A DNA stretch of 62,684 nt, counting the filler, from Asterionella formosa (taxonomy: Eukaryota), in assembly GCA_002256025.1 (NCBI GenBank). It is 14 parts of 14 records of this genome, joined end to end, with 100 filler letters (N's around TTAATTAATTAA, not from the genome) between each part and the next. Parts side by side here need not be neighbours in the genome. Positions count along the whole stretch, not along the records: positions 24,035 to 46,439 come from NKIB01002747.1; positions 46,540 to 47,917 come from NKIB01002748.1; positions 48,018 to 49,395 come from NKIB01002749.1; 11 more parts are not named here. One strand, given 5' to 3'. The notes under the pieces are model-generated. The model worked only from the letters and a program-made list of their open reading frames with translations, was not told the origin of the DNA and ran no database searches. The translations under genes were made by a program, and so were the position numbers. Within the stretch, counting starts at the first letter, position 1. Each line of letters starts with the position of its first letter. Of the stretch, positions 36,705-48,834 are shown piece by piece.

Positions 36705-38607
36705 TTAGATCCATTCAAAATCAACATCGTCATCAATGTCCCGTTGATTAATGCGGTCATTATAATCAATATTCTTTTCAGGAACATTTGGTTGAAGTGA
36801 TTCAACAAATTGATGCATATCCTCTTTACTTACGTTGGGAAATGAGAAGTATGAGTGTGGATAGATGATATTTGTGGTGGGAGTAGCAATTCCACTAGAA
36901 TTCCTTCCATATTCAGATCGATTCTTTTGTGAAAGTCCAGTGTAGATTTCCTTATAATAAACGAGTAAATCATCAGTCCATTGATCAGTAAGACCATTTG
37001 AAATTGAACTTTCTTCCCTCACACTTTTTTTAATATGTGGTTTCCCACCAATGTCGACAAAATCGGTAGAATGACGAATATCGTTCTCTGAAATTTCATG
37101 GGTACCTGGATTGAAACCCAAATATTTTTGTTGCAATCGGAATTTTCCTTTCAGCACCAAGAAGCAAAATGCTTCTGTACTGGCATTGATCAGCGAACCA
37201 ACAAAACGTGTTTGCAATTCACACTGTGCCCGAAGACTGAGTTGAAATTTGGCTTGGTCACACCAGATTTGTCTCCTGTTAAAAATGGTTCTCCACGGCT
37301 TGTCCTGCCTATAAAATACACAGGAACAAGAACATCACGCCAGACTTGGTATCCATGGCTTCCCCTGTCAATGTCCTTTGACTGCGCAAAACGATAAAGC
37401 GTCAACGCCCACCTAATAAAGTCATCAATATCCATAGTCTGGAAGTTATATTCTGTTAGACCACCAGCTGGTGTTTCATGAATTATGTTAGCATTTTTAA
37501 ATTGAAATATATTTGATAAGAATATAATCACCGACTCAAAACATCATGCTTTGGGAGCATGATGTTGCAAGAACTTACCTAAGATTCCTTTAAATTGATT
37601 ATTCAATACATTCTGACATTCTCTCAACTTTTTAATGGACATGCCACCAAATGATAATTTGATGTAATCTAAACGTGCCTTGTTGGTACGTTCAATGGTC
37701 TGATTCATTGGAAGTAGTGCATCAGAACCATTCCACATGAAATCGGCAAGCTCTGAAATCGGCAAGCTCTGGGTCACTCTCCACTTCTTTGCCTAACTCC
37801 GGTTTCACTGTGCGTGTATAGCCGAGTTAGGCAACATTCGGCAAACCAATCCTGTTTGTGATTGGAAATGCCTTTCATACTACTTGGACCAGATAGGCAG
37901 GGCGGGATGTTTGATTCTCTTTTGGGACCAGAAAAACGCACATTACATTGATATTCTGTTTTACAGTACCTGCAATTCACGAACTATAACATCAAACTTA
38001 CATGTTCACAGCAAAACTTCTTGGTCTTGAAAATAAAACTCACAAACTTTGTGACAATTGATGGTTCAATTTTAGCTAAGCGAGAACGACGTTCTGATAA
38101 GGCTGCTGAAATTGAAGAGTCTTGATGACTTTGTATGGACGAGTTTTGAACCGAATTACGACCTTTGTAGTGATTGAGTTCATTGATCAATTGATAATAT
38201 CCTTTGGCAAGTGCAAAATGTTTTTCCCTCAGTTTTTCATGTAATTGTTGGTCCGTGCGATTAGAAAATTTATGATATGGTTCCATGTCATCCATCTGCA
38301 TCCGGGAGTTATTAATGGTATCATCGACAGGAGCCATTTTTCTTGTATCAATAACTGAAGTAGAAACGTCATCATCGCTGTCAGTATCAATTAGGGGATC
38401 CTTTGTACTAGTAGCTGATGGTGTCCCCATCGACGATGGGGTATTACCCCCAACGTCTCCCAATCGCCGATTGGGTTGCTTTGGATAATCGCCTATTCGC
38501 TTTTTCTTTGTTAAATCATTTTGGAAATTGCTTCTTTGTTCCATACCGGCAGTATTTGCCACATGTCGCTTGTTTCCATGAACCTCTTTAAGGGTTCTTG
38601 AAGACAT
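36705..38607 (-). CDS. Fragmented (spliced and/or frameshifted) hypothetical gene, possibly a transposon accessory protein
   Basis: Consecutive minus-strand ORFs (38607-37984, 37777-37544, 37531-37190, 37217-36705): low-complexity N-terminus, coiled coil, then INASTEAFCFLVL..QWTDDLLVYYKEIY. No family recognised with certainty. Confidence 0.45.
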
Positions 38608-38664
38608 TGTACTACTTGATAACTGTTGTCTTTGTCTTCCTTAAAGTTCGATGATCTTAAATTC

Positions 38665-38833
38665 ATTTACTGTCCCGCTGCAGTAGCAGCAGTCATAGAC
38701 ATATGGTGTTCTGTTGCTTGCTTATTACTCCGACTATTGGTTTTTAGTTTTACGATCATACGATCCTAAAACTATGATGATTTACTGTCCCACTGCAGTA
38801 GCAACAGTACTGAACATATGGTGTTCTGTTGCT
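38665..38833. repeat. 54-bp direct repeat pair upstream of the 38607 ORF
   Basis: ATTTACTGTCCC(G/A)CTGCAGTAGCA(G/A)CAGT..ACATATGGTGTTCTGTTGCT at 38665-38718 and 38780-38833. Confidence 0.9.
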
Positions 38834-40817
38834 AGTTTACAACTTCGACTACCCCCAGTATATCACTTACTTCCTGCTACTGGTACTCTGTATATATATA
38901 TATGATATATTGTTATTGTCATATGATGTATCGGTACACATGAAGAGCTCCCACCCAAAAAAGGGGCTTAAACAATTTGCTACCAAAACCCTGCCTTGCG
39001 GTTATGACTTACACCAATTGAATGGTCTAAATAATTAGTTTCAACGGACGTAAAAAATATCGATGCAAACAAATTTCAGAAACAATTCCGGTACACGTAG
39101 TCGTGGAAAACAATGGACATATAGTGCATTGAGTATTTTCGAATTATGTATATGCGAGTATGATCATCCCAACCATATCAGATGTTCCATATCGAGAGCG
39201 CCTTTGAATTTTATAAATGTATAACACTTCATATATATATATATATTTACAAATTTTATTACTATATTCATGGCATATATATTTTTGAAATCGTTCTGTC
39301 ATGTTAACAAACAATGCCTGCTGCTCCATGAAAAGATACGTCGTAGTAAAGCACATGACAAGCAAAGAAAGTTTACGCAATACATAACGAAAAACATTGT
39401 GGCTTCGACACATTGCGCATTCGAAGGATGGAGAATGTTTAAGGTAATGAAGCCATCAATGTGGTACTTGGATGACAATCGTTGGGAGGCATGCAGGACA
39501 ACAACAAATTGTTAACTAAACGCTCATTTCCTTTTTTCTCAGTTGATTCAACAGCTCGTTTCGCTTGTTGGGGAGCACCAATGTAAAACAAAACCAAACC
39601 AAATTGCGTAAGTGCTCTTGTCGCTTGTTGGACCTATTCACTTCTGTTGGAACAAAACTGACAAAATGTTTACCTTCTCTCAAAGTTAAGCTGACAAAAA
39701 TGAACCGGTAAGTTTTATTCGACAACATTGGATACCCGAAACTTACTTATTCAAGAATTTGGTTTACTGACAAGTTACTATTACAGACTTATGCATCCTC
39801 AGTTGCATTGATTTGTGGTAAGTGAAGCAAGAGGATATGATGGAATTGCGTGTCGTTGTTTCAATGTAACATGACTAGCTAACAAATCATTCCTTCTCAT
39901 TGTAACTGTAACTGCATGCATAGGAAAATAAAAACAATCAAACAACGGAATAGTCGGCAAGTTCAGAATGACACTTACAGCAGGGAAAGAGAGGCATCAT
40001 CAGTAAGGCACTGCCTCGCACACAATTCAGAACAGATGAAGAAAGAGCGAGAAAGGAATATACATTGAGAAGAGTGGAGTGGTGAGAAACATTCCTCAGG
40101 TAGCTGTCGAAACAGAAATATCATTGTTAAATTTGTTAATTAAATTACGATCTATTCCAATCCTTTTTGAACAATGCTTGTGATTAGAATTATGATCATG
40201 TTTAAGATAGATTACGATTAAAAAATTCACATGATAGCATAGAGTTGAGCTGGTTTTAGGATACTTTGTAGTTATAATTTACATCGGGCGATCACGAGAA
40301 GTGAAAATAATATGAGAAGGTTTATGATATTGATGAGAAATGTTGTTGATCAGTTTATATACGTTGTGTGATGATAATGTTCTTATTATCATTATACTTC
40401 AAGGTCAGTAAAATATTAATAAATCATCATAGTTACAAAATACCTTGATCATATTTTTGATCCAAAAATTATCATGTATACGAAAATCCTGTGCCACTTA
40501 GCATACAATGCCCTTGATCCTAAATGCATGATACTTTTTATTTGCAGACGTAAATGCTGTGTTTACTGACTCAATGCAGATCATAATTGTACCGGTAAGC
40601 AATAATGATTGGGTTTGTGCTTGCTACTAGTAGTATATTGTAAGTACCTGCAAAATGCGGTACTTTTGCTGTTACTGATACCTGCATCTACAACTACATG
40701 GCTGCTTTAATCTCGACTGGACAACTTGCATCAGTAATGTTGCATTATGAAATCAGCCCCATCACCCTCGTAATGTGAGCCACATCATGCCAATCATATA
40801 TCAATTAATGAATATTA

Positions 40818-42417
40818 GGCCATTGCTAACCGTTGACCCAAACCAAAACCCAAAAACTTATTTTTGGATTGGTTTTGGTTTTGGTCAACTGACGCAAAAA
40901 CGAAAAATCCTTAATGTTGTCAACCACCCATCTACTGTAACGCAGGATGACAAAACCATTATAAAAAAAGTAAAATATTTCTATAAGACTACTCTTACAA
41001 ATGAAATATTATTATTCCTATTTGGGAATTAGTTAGTTTTCTCCGCAATTTACCGGTAGTGCCTTAAATATATATATTCCGACCGCACTTCTTCATGATG
41101 ACATACAACTGACAGCAGTTTCAGCAACCCAGACAGAATTGAATGCCGCTATCTCGACCATCGCACCAGCAGGACTGAATCTAAAGGAAGGTATCACCAG
41201 CACCCTTCTTGACAAAGTTATTGAATTCAGGAACAAAGAGGATTCAAGGAATGGCATCAATCTCGATCAGATGGCTCGCCAACAGAAGAAATCGGCGCTG
41301 TGGGCAATCGCGCAAAATAAAAGGTATACAGCAGGACTTCTTGTGGCGGCTGGACGCTTTAAACTGGGAACGGAAGCACTGGACGATATGACTAGGATGA
41401 AAAGAAGAGCAGAGGAGAAGGAGAGTGAGAAAGCGAATAAGAAAATTATGGATTACACAGCAGCATTGAACAAGGTGCAAGCGATCAGAGTGCTTAACAA
41501 ACAGGAACACGAATGCACCTTTTCGCAAACAAAAACAATGGTGTCTTGGTAGAAATGAATTGGCGATGCGCCATTACCTGCAACAAAACTGCTTACATAC
41601 CAGATATATTGATACAATGGGATGTGGCGATGCACCAGTCCCAGTTGCCGGAGCTATACCACCACCAGCAGCCTCAGTTGAAGAGGACGACAAGGAATAA
41701 GTCATGATGAAAAATAAATGAATGGCCTAAGACCACTAAAATGCAAAATGAACGACTTAAAAAGTTCGATATTGTAAGACATATACTTCCAATTGTCAAA
41801 ATGACTCATTTATCTAGTACTTGCATGCATTAGTCGACCTGTATTCAAAGGGTTTTAATTGAGGTCCGCTGAACATTTTTCTAATTTTAGTCCAAAAACG
41901 GGGTAATATAGTGGTCTTAAGCAGTTTTTGACTGGTAGACAACAACAACAACAACATAACAACATCTGTCGGTCGCCACTCATCCTTGATTGTTGATTGT
42001 GGTGAAATTAGCGATGATTTGTTGTTGTTGTTGTTGTTGTTGTTCTCGCCAGTGTGGTATGGTACCCTGGTAGCTGGTACCAGAGTACCGGTACCGTATA
42101 GCTATTGTTGTATATAGATATGATATACTGGTACCGGCATATGATGCATTCTATATGTAGTGATTCTGCAACGATATTAATTGGGTTTCTAGTGACTACA
42201 TTCAAAGTAGTCAATATGGAATCCTACGTTTAGGTAACTTTGGGAGAAAAAAACCTAAACGTAATGCGTTTGGGTAACTTATTGGGATATGGGCACGGAA
42301 TCCCCTAAACGTAATGCATTTGCGTTGGGTTTTTCAATCCCGATAGCATCGTTTTTTAGGGTTACCGAAGCCAAAACACTGTTTGGTTTGCGTTTTGGTC
42401 CACCGTTAGCAACGGCC
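40818..42417. mobile_element. Non-autonomous TIR element (GGCC termini, TA flanks), 1600 bp
   Basis: Left GGCCATTGCTAACCGTTGACCCAAAC; reverse complement of right GGCCGTTGCTAACGGTGGACCAAAAC; TA at 40816-40817 and 42418-42419; subterminal CCTAAACGTAATGC repeats near 42254 and 42304. Confidence 0.8.
41060..41934 (+). pseudogene. 3' fragment of a probable pogo-like transposase with its own right terminus, nested in the GGCC element
   Basis: LNLKEGITSTLLDKVI..KRYTAGLLVAAGRFKLG followed by a charged coiled coil resembles C-termini of diatom DDE_1 transposases as I recall them. The end reads CAGTCAAAAACTGCTTAAGACCAC on the minus strand from 41934 (pogo-like CAGT start). Confidence 0.5.
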
Positions 42418-43435
42418 TAACTCTTTGGTTCAGCAAGATTTCCGCAACCACGCACTTGCAGTTATATACTGGTACTTGTACAGAGGTACCTGGCACCTGG
42501 TACCTGGTACCTTGACAAAAATCGAACGAAAAGACCGCAAAAAAAGGAGAAAACCCGGATATACGACGTTTTTCTGCGGTCTTTTGCGAACTTCGCGTTC
42601 TTTTGCGGTCTTTTGGGAAAATGTGATGCGAGGTTGATTTTAGATAAAACACCGTTTTGTACGTGACTTTTCGTACTTCGGAGTTTCCGTCAACTCCCAG
42701 GGAGGTACGGGAAACTCTGTACTTCCTCGCTACGTGGAAAATTCCTTTTGTGTATCGTGCACAGACCTCACTGTTTTTTTTTTCAAACATCTTGCAAAGT
42801 TCTAGTCGCGCATATTTCTGCGAATCTTCGAAGTTCGCATTCTTTTGCGAAGTTCGCGTACTTCTTGAAAAGTACGCGCGACTACCATTTCGTCGAATCG
42901 AGTTTGAGCTCTGATCAGGCATTAAACATCCACGGGCAATAACATTGCTCATCACACAGTATACCGGTGTCCGGTACCAGGTACCGGTACCGATACCTGG
43001 TACGGAGTACCTGGTACCAGGTGAAGTACCGGTACCAGGTACCGTATTCCGTTTCTAATCATTCAACCCTCTACCTGTAGTTACCCTGGTACCAGGTACC
43101 AGGTATCAGTGGTACCTGATACCATCAGGGTACATATCGGCACTTTGATGTAACTTCACGTGCCGGTATGCGGATGATAATATACCGGTAGTTTCAGAAC
43201 CGAACGTAACCCCCTATACATGAAAGTACAAACCATTTTTTCTTTGATTCCTTTATAATTTGTTTGATTGTTCGACTGTTTGCAATCTTTCCTCCTTTGT
43301 TATCTCATCGCTTATCAGACCCACTTGTCTCTTAAAGACACCAAACACCTCAGTTGCAGGCCTTCGGCCCACTTCGATCGAATCCACATTGCAGCGTCGA
43401 ACATTGACTTTGTGGACGCCCAGTGTCAGGATAAG

Positions 43436-43680
43436 AAACAAATTGGAGCCTTTCTTGCACAGCGGTTGCCCTTAGAGTAGTGCCATATATACGAAAAGAA
43501 ACAAATTGGAGCCTGTCTCGCACATCTGTTGCCCATAGAGAAGTGCCATATATTGTATGAAAAGAAAAAAATTGGAGCCTGTCTCGTACATCTGTTGCTT
43601 ATGCCATATATATATATATATGCAAAGGAACAAATTGGAGCCTTTCTCGCACATCTGTTACTAATAGGGCAGTGCCATAT
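43436..43680. repeat. Minisatellite, 4 copies of about 63-66 bp
   Basis: AAATTGGAGCCT(T/G)TCT(C/T)G(C/T)ACA..GTTG..TGCCATAT starting near 43436, 43499, 43565 and 43629. Confidence 0.92.
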
Positions 43681-43715
43681 TTGAACCATTGGTTCGGATG
43701 CTGACATACTAACAC

Positions 43716-44403
43716 TAGCGTCTGGCTGATTGTAGTTGGCTGACAAGCAACAATTCCTGCAAATAGGCAGAGGAGATATAAAAGCAATATGTTAGAGTGG
43801 CTTAATTGATAACAACAATGATGAACACGTAAAACTATCTTGTTCTTACCTCGTTTTAGTATATCTGAGCTTCCATGCATAATTTTCAATTCTGTAGAAC
43901 AAGGTAGATCACTTGTGTTAGTGTTGGCAAGAATAAGCAAAAGGCAAGACAATAAATGAAATGCAGACAACATACAAACAAGAAAGGGTCAACACAAAAA
44001 CTTTCAAAACAACCTTCATTCAAAATTGAATCACGAAATTTACAGCATTAACGGCTGCAACAGTAGCATCTGGCTGCTTGTAGTTTGCTGATTCAAGGAT
44101 GGCTGACAAGCAACGATTCCTAAAAATAGGGGAGATGTAAAAGCAATATGTTAGAGTGGCTTCATTGATAAGAACAACGATCGACACGCAAAGCTTTATG
44201 GGTTGGCCGTTCTTACCTCATTTATCTGAGCTTCCATGCATAATTTTCAATTCTGTAGAACCAGGTAGATCACTTGTGTTAGTGTTGGCAAGAATGACCA
44301 AAAGGCAAGACAATAAACGAGATTACAAAAAACATACCAAAAAGAAAAGCACCAACATCAAAACTTCAAAAACAAGCTCATTCATAAGTGAATCATGAAA
44401 TTT
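43716..44403. repeat. Tandem duplication of about 330 bp
   Basis: 43716-44041 and 44064-44403 share long blocks such as AAAAGCAATATGTTAGAGTGGCTT, TATCTGAGCTTCCATGCATAATTTTCAATTCTGTAGAAC and AGGTAGATCACTTGTGTTAGTGTTGGCAAGAAT. Confidence 0.92.
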
Positions 44404-44549
44404 CTTTCATGATAGGATTTAATATAAGAAGAAGGAGGGGAGGTAAGATGAAGCAGCTCAGAGTATGCATCAATTGCATCAAACTTACCGTGCAGAGGAT
44501 GCTTTCAGCATGATTTTACAATTATGTGGTGCGTGGTGCACAATGAGTA

Positions 44550-45490
44550 CCACCTAAAAACTGAGAGTCAACGTTTCAGTACTCCTTCTTTCCACTAAAA
44601 TTATCGAAGTTTCTCAAATGATAAAATTCGGACAAAGTTCGAACTTTATTGTAGTCGATAGAACGGGGATAGCTATCATTTAATCAGTTCTAAAGTAGAA
44701 CATACAGTTATGTAGATCTAAGCCATTTAGTTTTACCCATTTTGACTCATATCGTTGACTCTCAGTACATATTTTTAATCTATACATGAAGATTTTTTAC
44801 CCCCAAACCGTTTTTTTAAACTCAATTCTTTCTGCCACAAAAACTATTTTCTATTACTTTTGTTGATCCTATAGTTAGCGGTACCAGGGTTTTAAGTGCC
44901 GATCATAACAGTACTGGTAGCATATTTGTCAAGTATTTATTCGGACCTCGCATATCAATCACTTCAAGTTCTCATCTGTCAGGTGGTCCTCCTCTTATTT
45001 CAATTCATTTCACGGGTGATTTTTGTGATTTCATAACAAATCAGTAGTGTTTCAGGTAGTCACGCCAAGAGGTCGCAGCTGATGTTCTCCATTTAGGCAG
45101 AGGAGGATGCAAAATGACGTGGTTATATATTTTACCGTAGCAAAAAAAACTATTCAGACACTAAATGAATCTACCGACAGAAATAATTTCTAATACCTTT
45201 ATACATCTAGAAAAGGTGATGCCAGCTGAATGGAGTAAAAATTAATTTAGCTTGCTTTTTCATTCCATTTCTCGTCGACAGCAACCTTTGGGACCAAATA
45301 CGGAAGTTACACTAGCTAATTGACGAGTTCAAAGCACGATCATTATTGGTTATTACACAAATCGCTACAGCATTTCTTGAATAATTATGTTCGTATCTAG
45401 CATATTTAGCCCAAAACGTGAATTTACTCGATTTCACGTTGACTCTCAGTTCAAAATCTTCCAAAACGTTGACTCTCAGTTTTTAGGTGG
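44550..45490. mobile_element. MITE / non-autonomous Tc1-mariner-pogo-type element, 941 bp, perfect 27-bp TIRs, TA TSD
   Basis: CCACCTAAAAACTGAGAGTCAACGTTT (44550-44576) and its exact reverse complement (45464-45490); TA at 44548-44549 and 45491-45492; internal CGTTGACTCTCAGT copies at 44753 and 45437. Confidence 0.95.
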
Positions 45491-46889
45491 TATCTTGATC
45501 ATACTAGAGTACCGGTATATTTTACTTAATAAAATATGGGCGCATACAATTGTGCTCATTTCCTAATACAATGTACCAGACTTGTGTAAAATTAATGCAA
45601 AAAATACTGTACATAAAGGACAAAAAGTATGTGTGGAATCATGTTCAGGGTAACCGAGGTAGACATCGTAAACGCTCCTAAAAAATTATTTAGCTAAGAT
45701 CATGCGAATCTTTTGTACTTACAAAACATTACAGTGTAGTTCTTGTGATCAGCTCCAGCATCCTGCATTATGTTATCTCAGCCATGACCATGACGAAAAT
45801 AGCGGAAATCTCTACGGAAATTGAGAAAACGCTTAACTATTTGGTAAATAGATCGAACATGACATTGACAATACAATCGTAAAAGAATAATTGTAATCCC
45901 ACTAATATTGACAAAGAAGATTGAAATCGCCAATGGCGCCTTAATTTATGTCATTTAGAAATGCATAATTGGAGACAGCAATGTTTCTAAGCGATTTGAC
46001 GCTTTCATGGTAGCTGAACAAGGCATAAGACTAAGACTATAACAATAGAATGATAAGTTGAAGCAAAAGATGTGAATCAAATGAGAATCGATTGATTGAT
46101 TGATGGATTCTACCGGCGATTTGTGTAGTCGTGGATGCAGGTATCAGTGCCAACAAATGTGTTACCGGCATTCATTGGGAGTTGATACCAAAGAAAAATG
46201 TCAAAGCGGAAAAAAATAATTGAATCGATATTGGGAACTCTTAATTTAGTTATATGGTGAAACCAGCGTAATATAGCCGCGAAGCAGCATAATTTCGTCA
46301 TCATACTGTAGCAACAGTATCTCTAACGGGCCCACAAGCTGGACAATTGGAGTCTTTGCACTTGCGGTAGTGGCTCAAGATAGCGCGAGATGAAAAACAA
46401 TGAGGAATTTTGCAGTTGTTATCTTTACAACCTTCCATGNNNNNNNNNNNNNNNNNNNNNNNNNNNNNNNNNNNNNNNNNNNNTTAATTAATTAANNNNN
46501 NNNNNNNNNNNNNNNNNNNNNNNNNNNNNNNNNNNNNNNCCTGTTGTTGTTAGTGAACTTCTATTTGAAGTCCCTTTCGTGAGTTCTTTGCTATAATATC
46601 GGGGTGCAATTGTTCTATTTCTGATACTTTACTGATTCTCCGTCGATCAATCCTTGTGTGATGATAACGACTACTACTACTATTGAAACAATTGGCGAAG
46701 GGACAAGTTCGTATATACAAACCCTACTGAATATAGAGGAGGTTGGCAAAATCAAAATAACGGTGATGGCAAAATGTGTTGAGCAATCACAGTGAAGGCA
46801 ACTAACTGCTCAACGATCTGATATGAGAATTGAAACGTTCAAGAATGCTGACTCTGAAATGACTAGAAAATGAGCGCTGCAGAAAAATG

Positions 46890-47420
46890 TCAATCCCTTT
46901 GTTTTGGCGAACAGGAACATGACGAGACCACAGAACAGTCATTACCACAAAAAACATGGCAACATGTTTCTCGTTCGAAGATAACTAACTGCTTTGAGTG
47001 TAGCCCATATATGGTACCAAACAAGCCCATACACCCTAAATACTCAATAGGCCCTCCGGAGTCTCTCACCAGAGACTCAGTAAAAAATTTATTAGCATGA
47101 CAGAGAATCGCGCCGAGGGCTGCGAAAATATCGCCTAGCAAGGGATTGGGAAATAAAACATCGTCGGTGATCAAAAATATTTCATAGTCTGCCACAGTGT
47201 GTTGCAGAGGATGTCTATCACACAGACTATTGCTCCTAGAAAGTGAACATTCACAAAATGTCGTTGTAGAAAAATCCTTGACATCGTCATCGATGATGGC
47301 AAAGCCAGCACTTCCAGCAACATGATTGACGTGAATGAAGATGTATCGCAAGGAACGTACAACGAAATAATTGGAACGAAAAAGTAGAAAACATACGTCC
47401 ATAAAAGTGAATACGGTAAA
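46890..47420 (-). pseudogene. SLC35F-family (DMT superfamily) transporter remnant, frameshifted
   Basis: Split across frames: SNYFVVRSLRY / SFTSIMLLEVLALPSSMTMSRIFLQRHF..HFLGAIVCV / LLGDIFAALGAILCHANKFFTESLV..EYLGCMGLFGTI..LVIFER. Confidence 0.6.
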
Positions 47421-48017
47421 TCAGAACACCAAAAATCCTATGGATGGGTTTCATCAGCGCTCTCCTGATATCATAATCTGCGGCATCTCGGCGCCTCCTT
47501 TAAATATAGTGGCTCCAAAAAGGTGAGTTCAAGCTGCATTTGTGACTCAGCGTCGCTTGAGAAATACCAGTAGAGGCGGAGAGGAATGATATGAGCTGAG
47601 AAAAGAGATGAAAACTTACAACATGTGGTTATATGCCACAAGATCGGGTTAATGGTTGCAGTAGCGACGACGCTAATGGAGATGCAATTCATACAGCTCT
47701 ATGAGCATTCTCAGCCAATAAAGACATTGCATTGTCTTAAGCTTCTTCTGCAAAGCTACTCGGACTCAACATGGGAGGGCGAGCGTTTTGTTGTTACATG
47801 GTGTAACTCCTAAAACTCCCTTGAACCATTTCCTCATACGATACTCCTCGTGCTTACTGATTTCGACACATTGGTCATCTCTACTATCACTGGCTTGTGA
47901 GATGTTGAATTTCTCCTNNNNNNNNNNNNNNNNNNNNNNNNNNNNNNNNNNNNNNNNNNNNTTAATTAATTAANNNNNNNNNNNNNNNNNNNNNNNNNNN
48001 NNNNNNNNNNNNNNNNN

Positions 48018-48834
48018 TGAATGCTGCAACTCGATCGAAAATGGAAGTTCGTTCAAAAGCTACTTGGTCACTGCATTTTCCCGGTGCAATTACACCAAAA
48101 TAAATAAATCTTGAGTCAGCATCACAAACAGCCTGGACATTGATTCCATAAGTCATGTAGTGACCGGAAAAAAATGAACCAGGGTTGTTGCCACTTTCAA
48201 CTATAGTCGGGCGGTTGATGGTGGCTAAGAAGCCGTCAATAGCACCAACACATCCTCTCATCATGCCCTCTGAGCTTTTGCATTCAAAGCTGGAAGCCAA
48301 TTTGATAAATTCTTCTTTTTCTTTTGGAAAAACAATTTCGAGTTCTCCACAGTTTAGTACAGCATCAATGAACAAATCACGACATCGATAAAGTGAAGCA
48401 ATGCTACAACCGTAGGCATGACGAATGTCGATGTAACTGCCACCAGCCAGCCATCGCAAACCAATGGCTACCACAATTTCGGGAATTATGGGCTCAGAAG
48501 TGCCACATTTGGAATAATTCCCTGCAATCTGAATTTCCAGCATGGAGGTGAGTTTTTTGAATGCTCTGTGTGACATTCTGTATGTCTTCTCGAAAGCAAT
48601 CTCGTGATTGAGTTTCTTGACATGTGATTGCCAGGAGATTCTTTCGTGGTGCCACTTGTGCCTTCGTTGTCGTCGTCGTTCAGATGACTGAAGCTGCCGT
48701 TTACAGCGTCGCCTTTGTCGTTTGGATGAGTGTTCTTTTTCCTCTGCTTCCTTAGCTAAATGACAGAGGAAGAAGAAATCAAGATCACTACTGTCATCAT
48801 CATTATCATCAAGTAAATCAAATGGCGACGACAT
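48018..48834 (-). CDS. PIF/Harbinger transposase (DDE_Tnp_4, HARBI1-like), open frame, 3'-truncated at contig end
   Basis: YRMSHRAFKKL, PEIVVAIGLRWLAGGSYIDI, GCVGAIDG, FFSGHYMTYGINVQAVCDADSRF, APGKCSD. Confidence 0.92.

Noticed and set aside
41938..42044. (AAC)n facing (GTT)n as a structured RNA hairpin
   Set aside because: Simple microsatellites explain the complementarity; nothing else supports an RNA gene.
43436..43680. CRISPR-like periodicity of about 65 bp
   Set aside because: Whole units are homologous with no unique spacers, there are no cas genes, and the context is eukaryotic.
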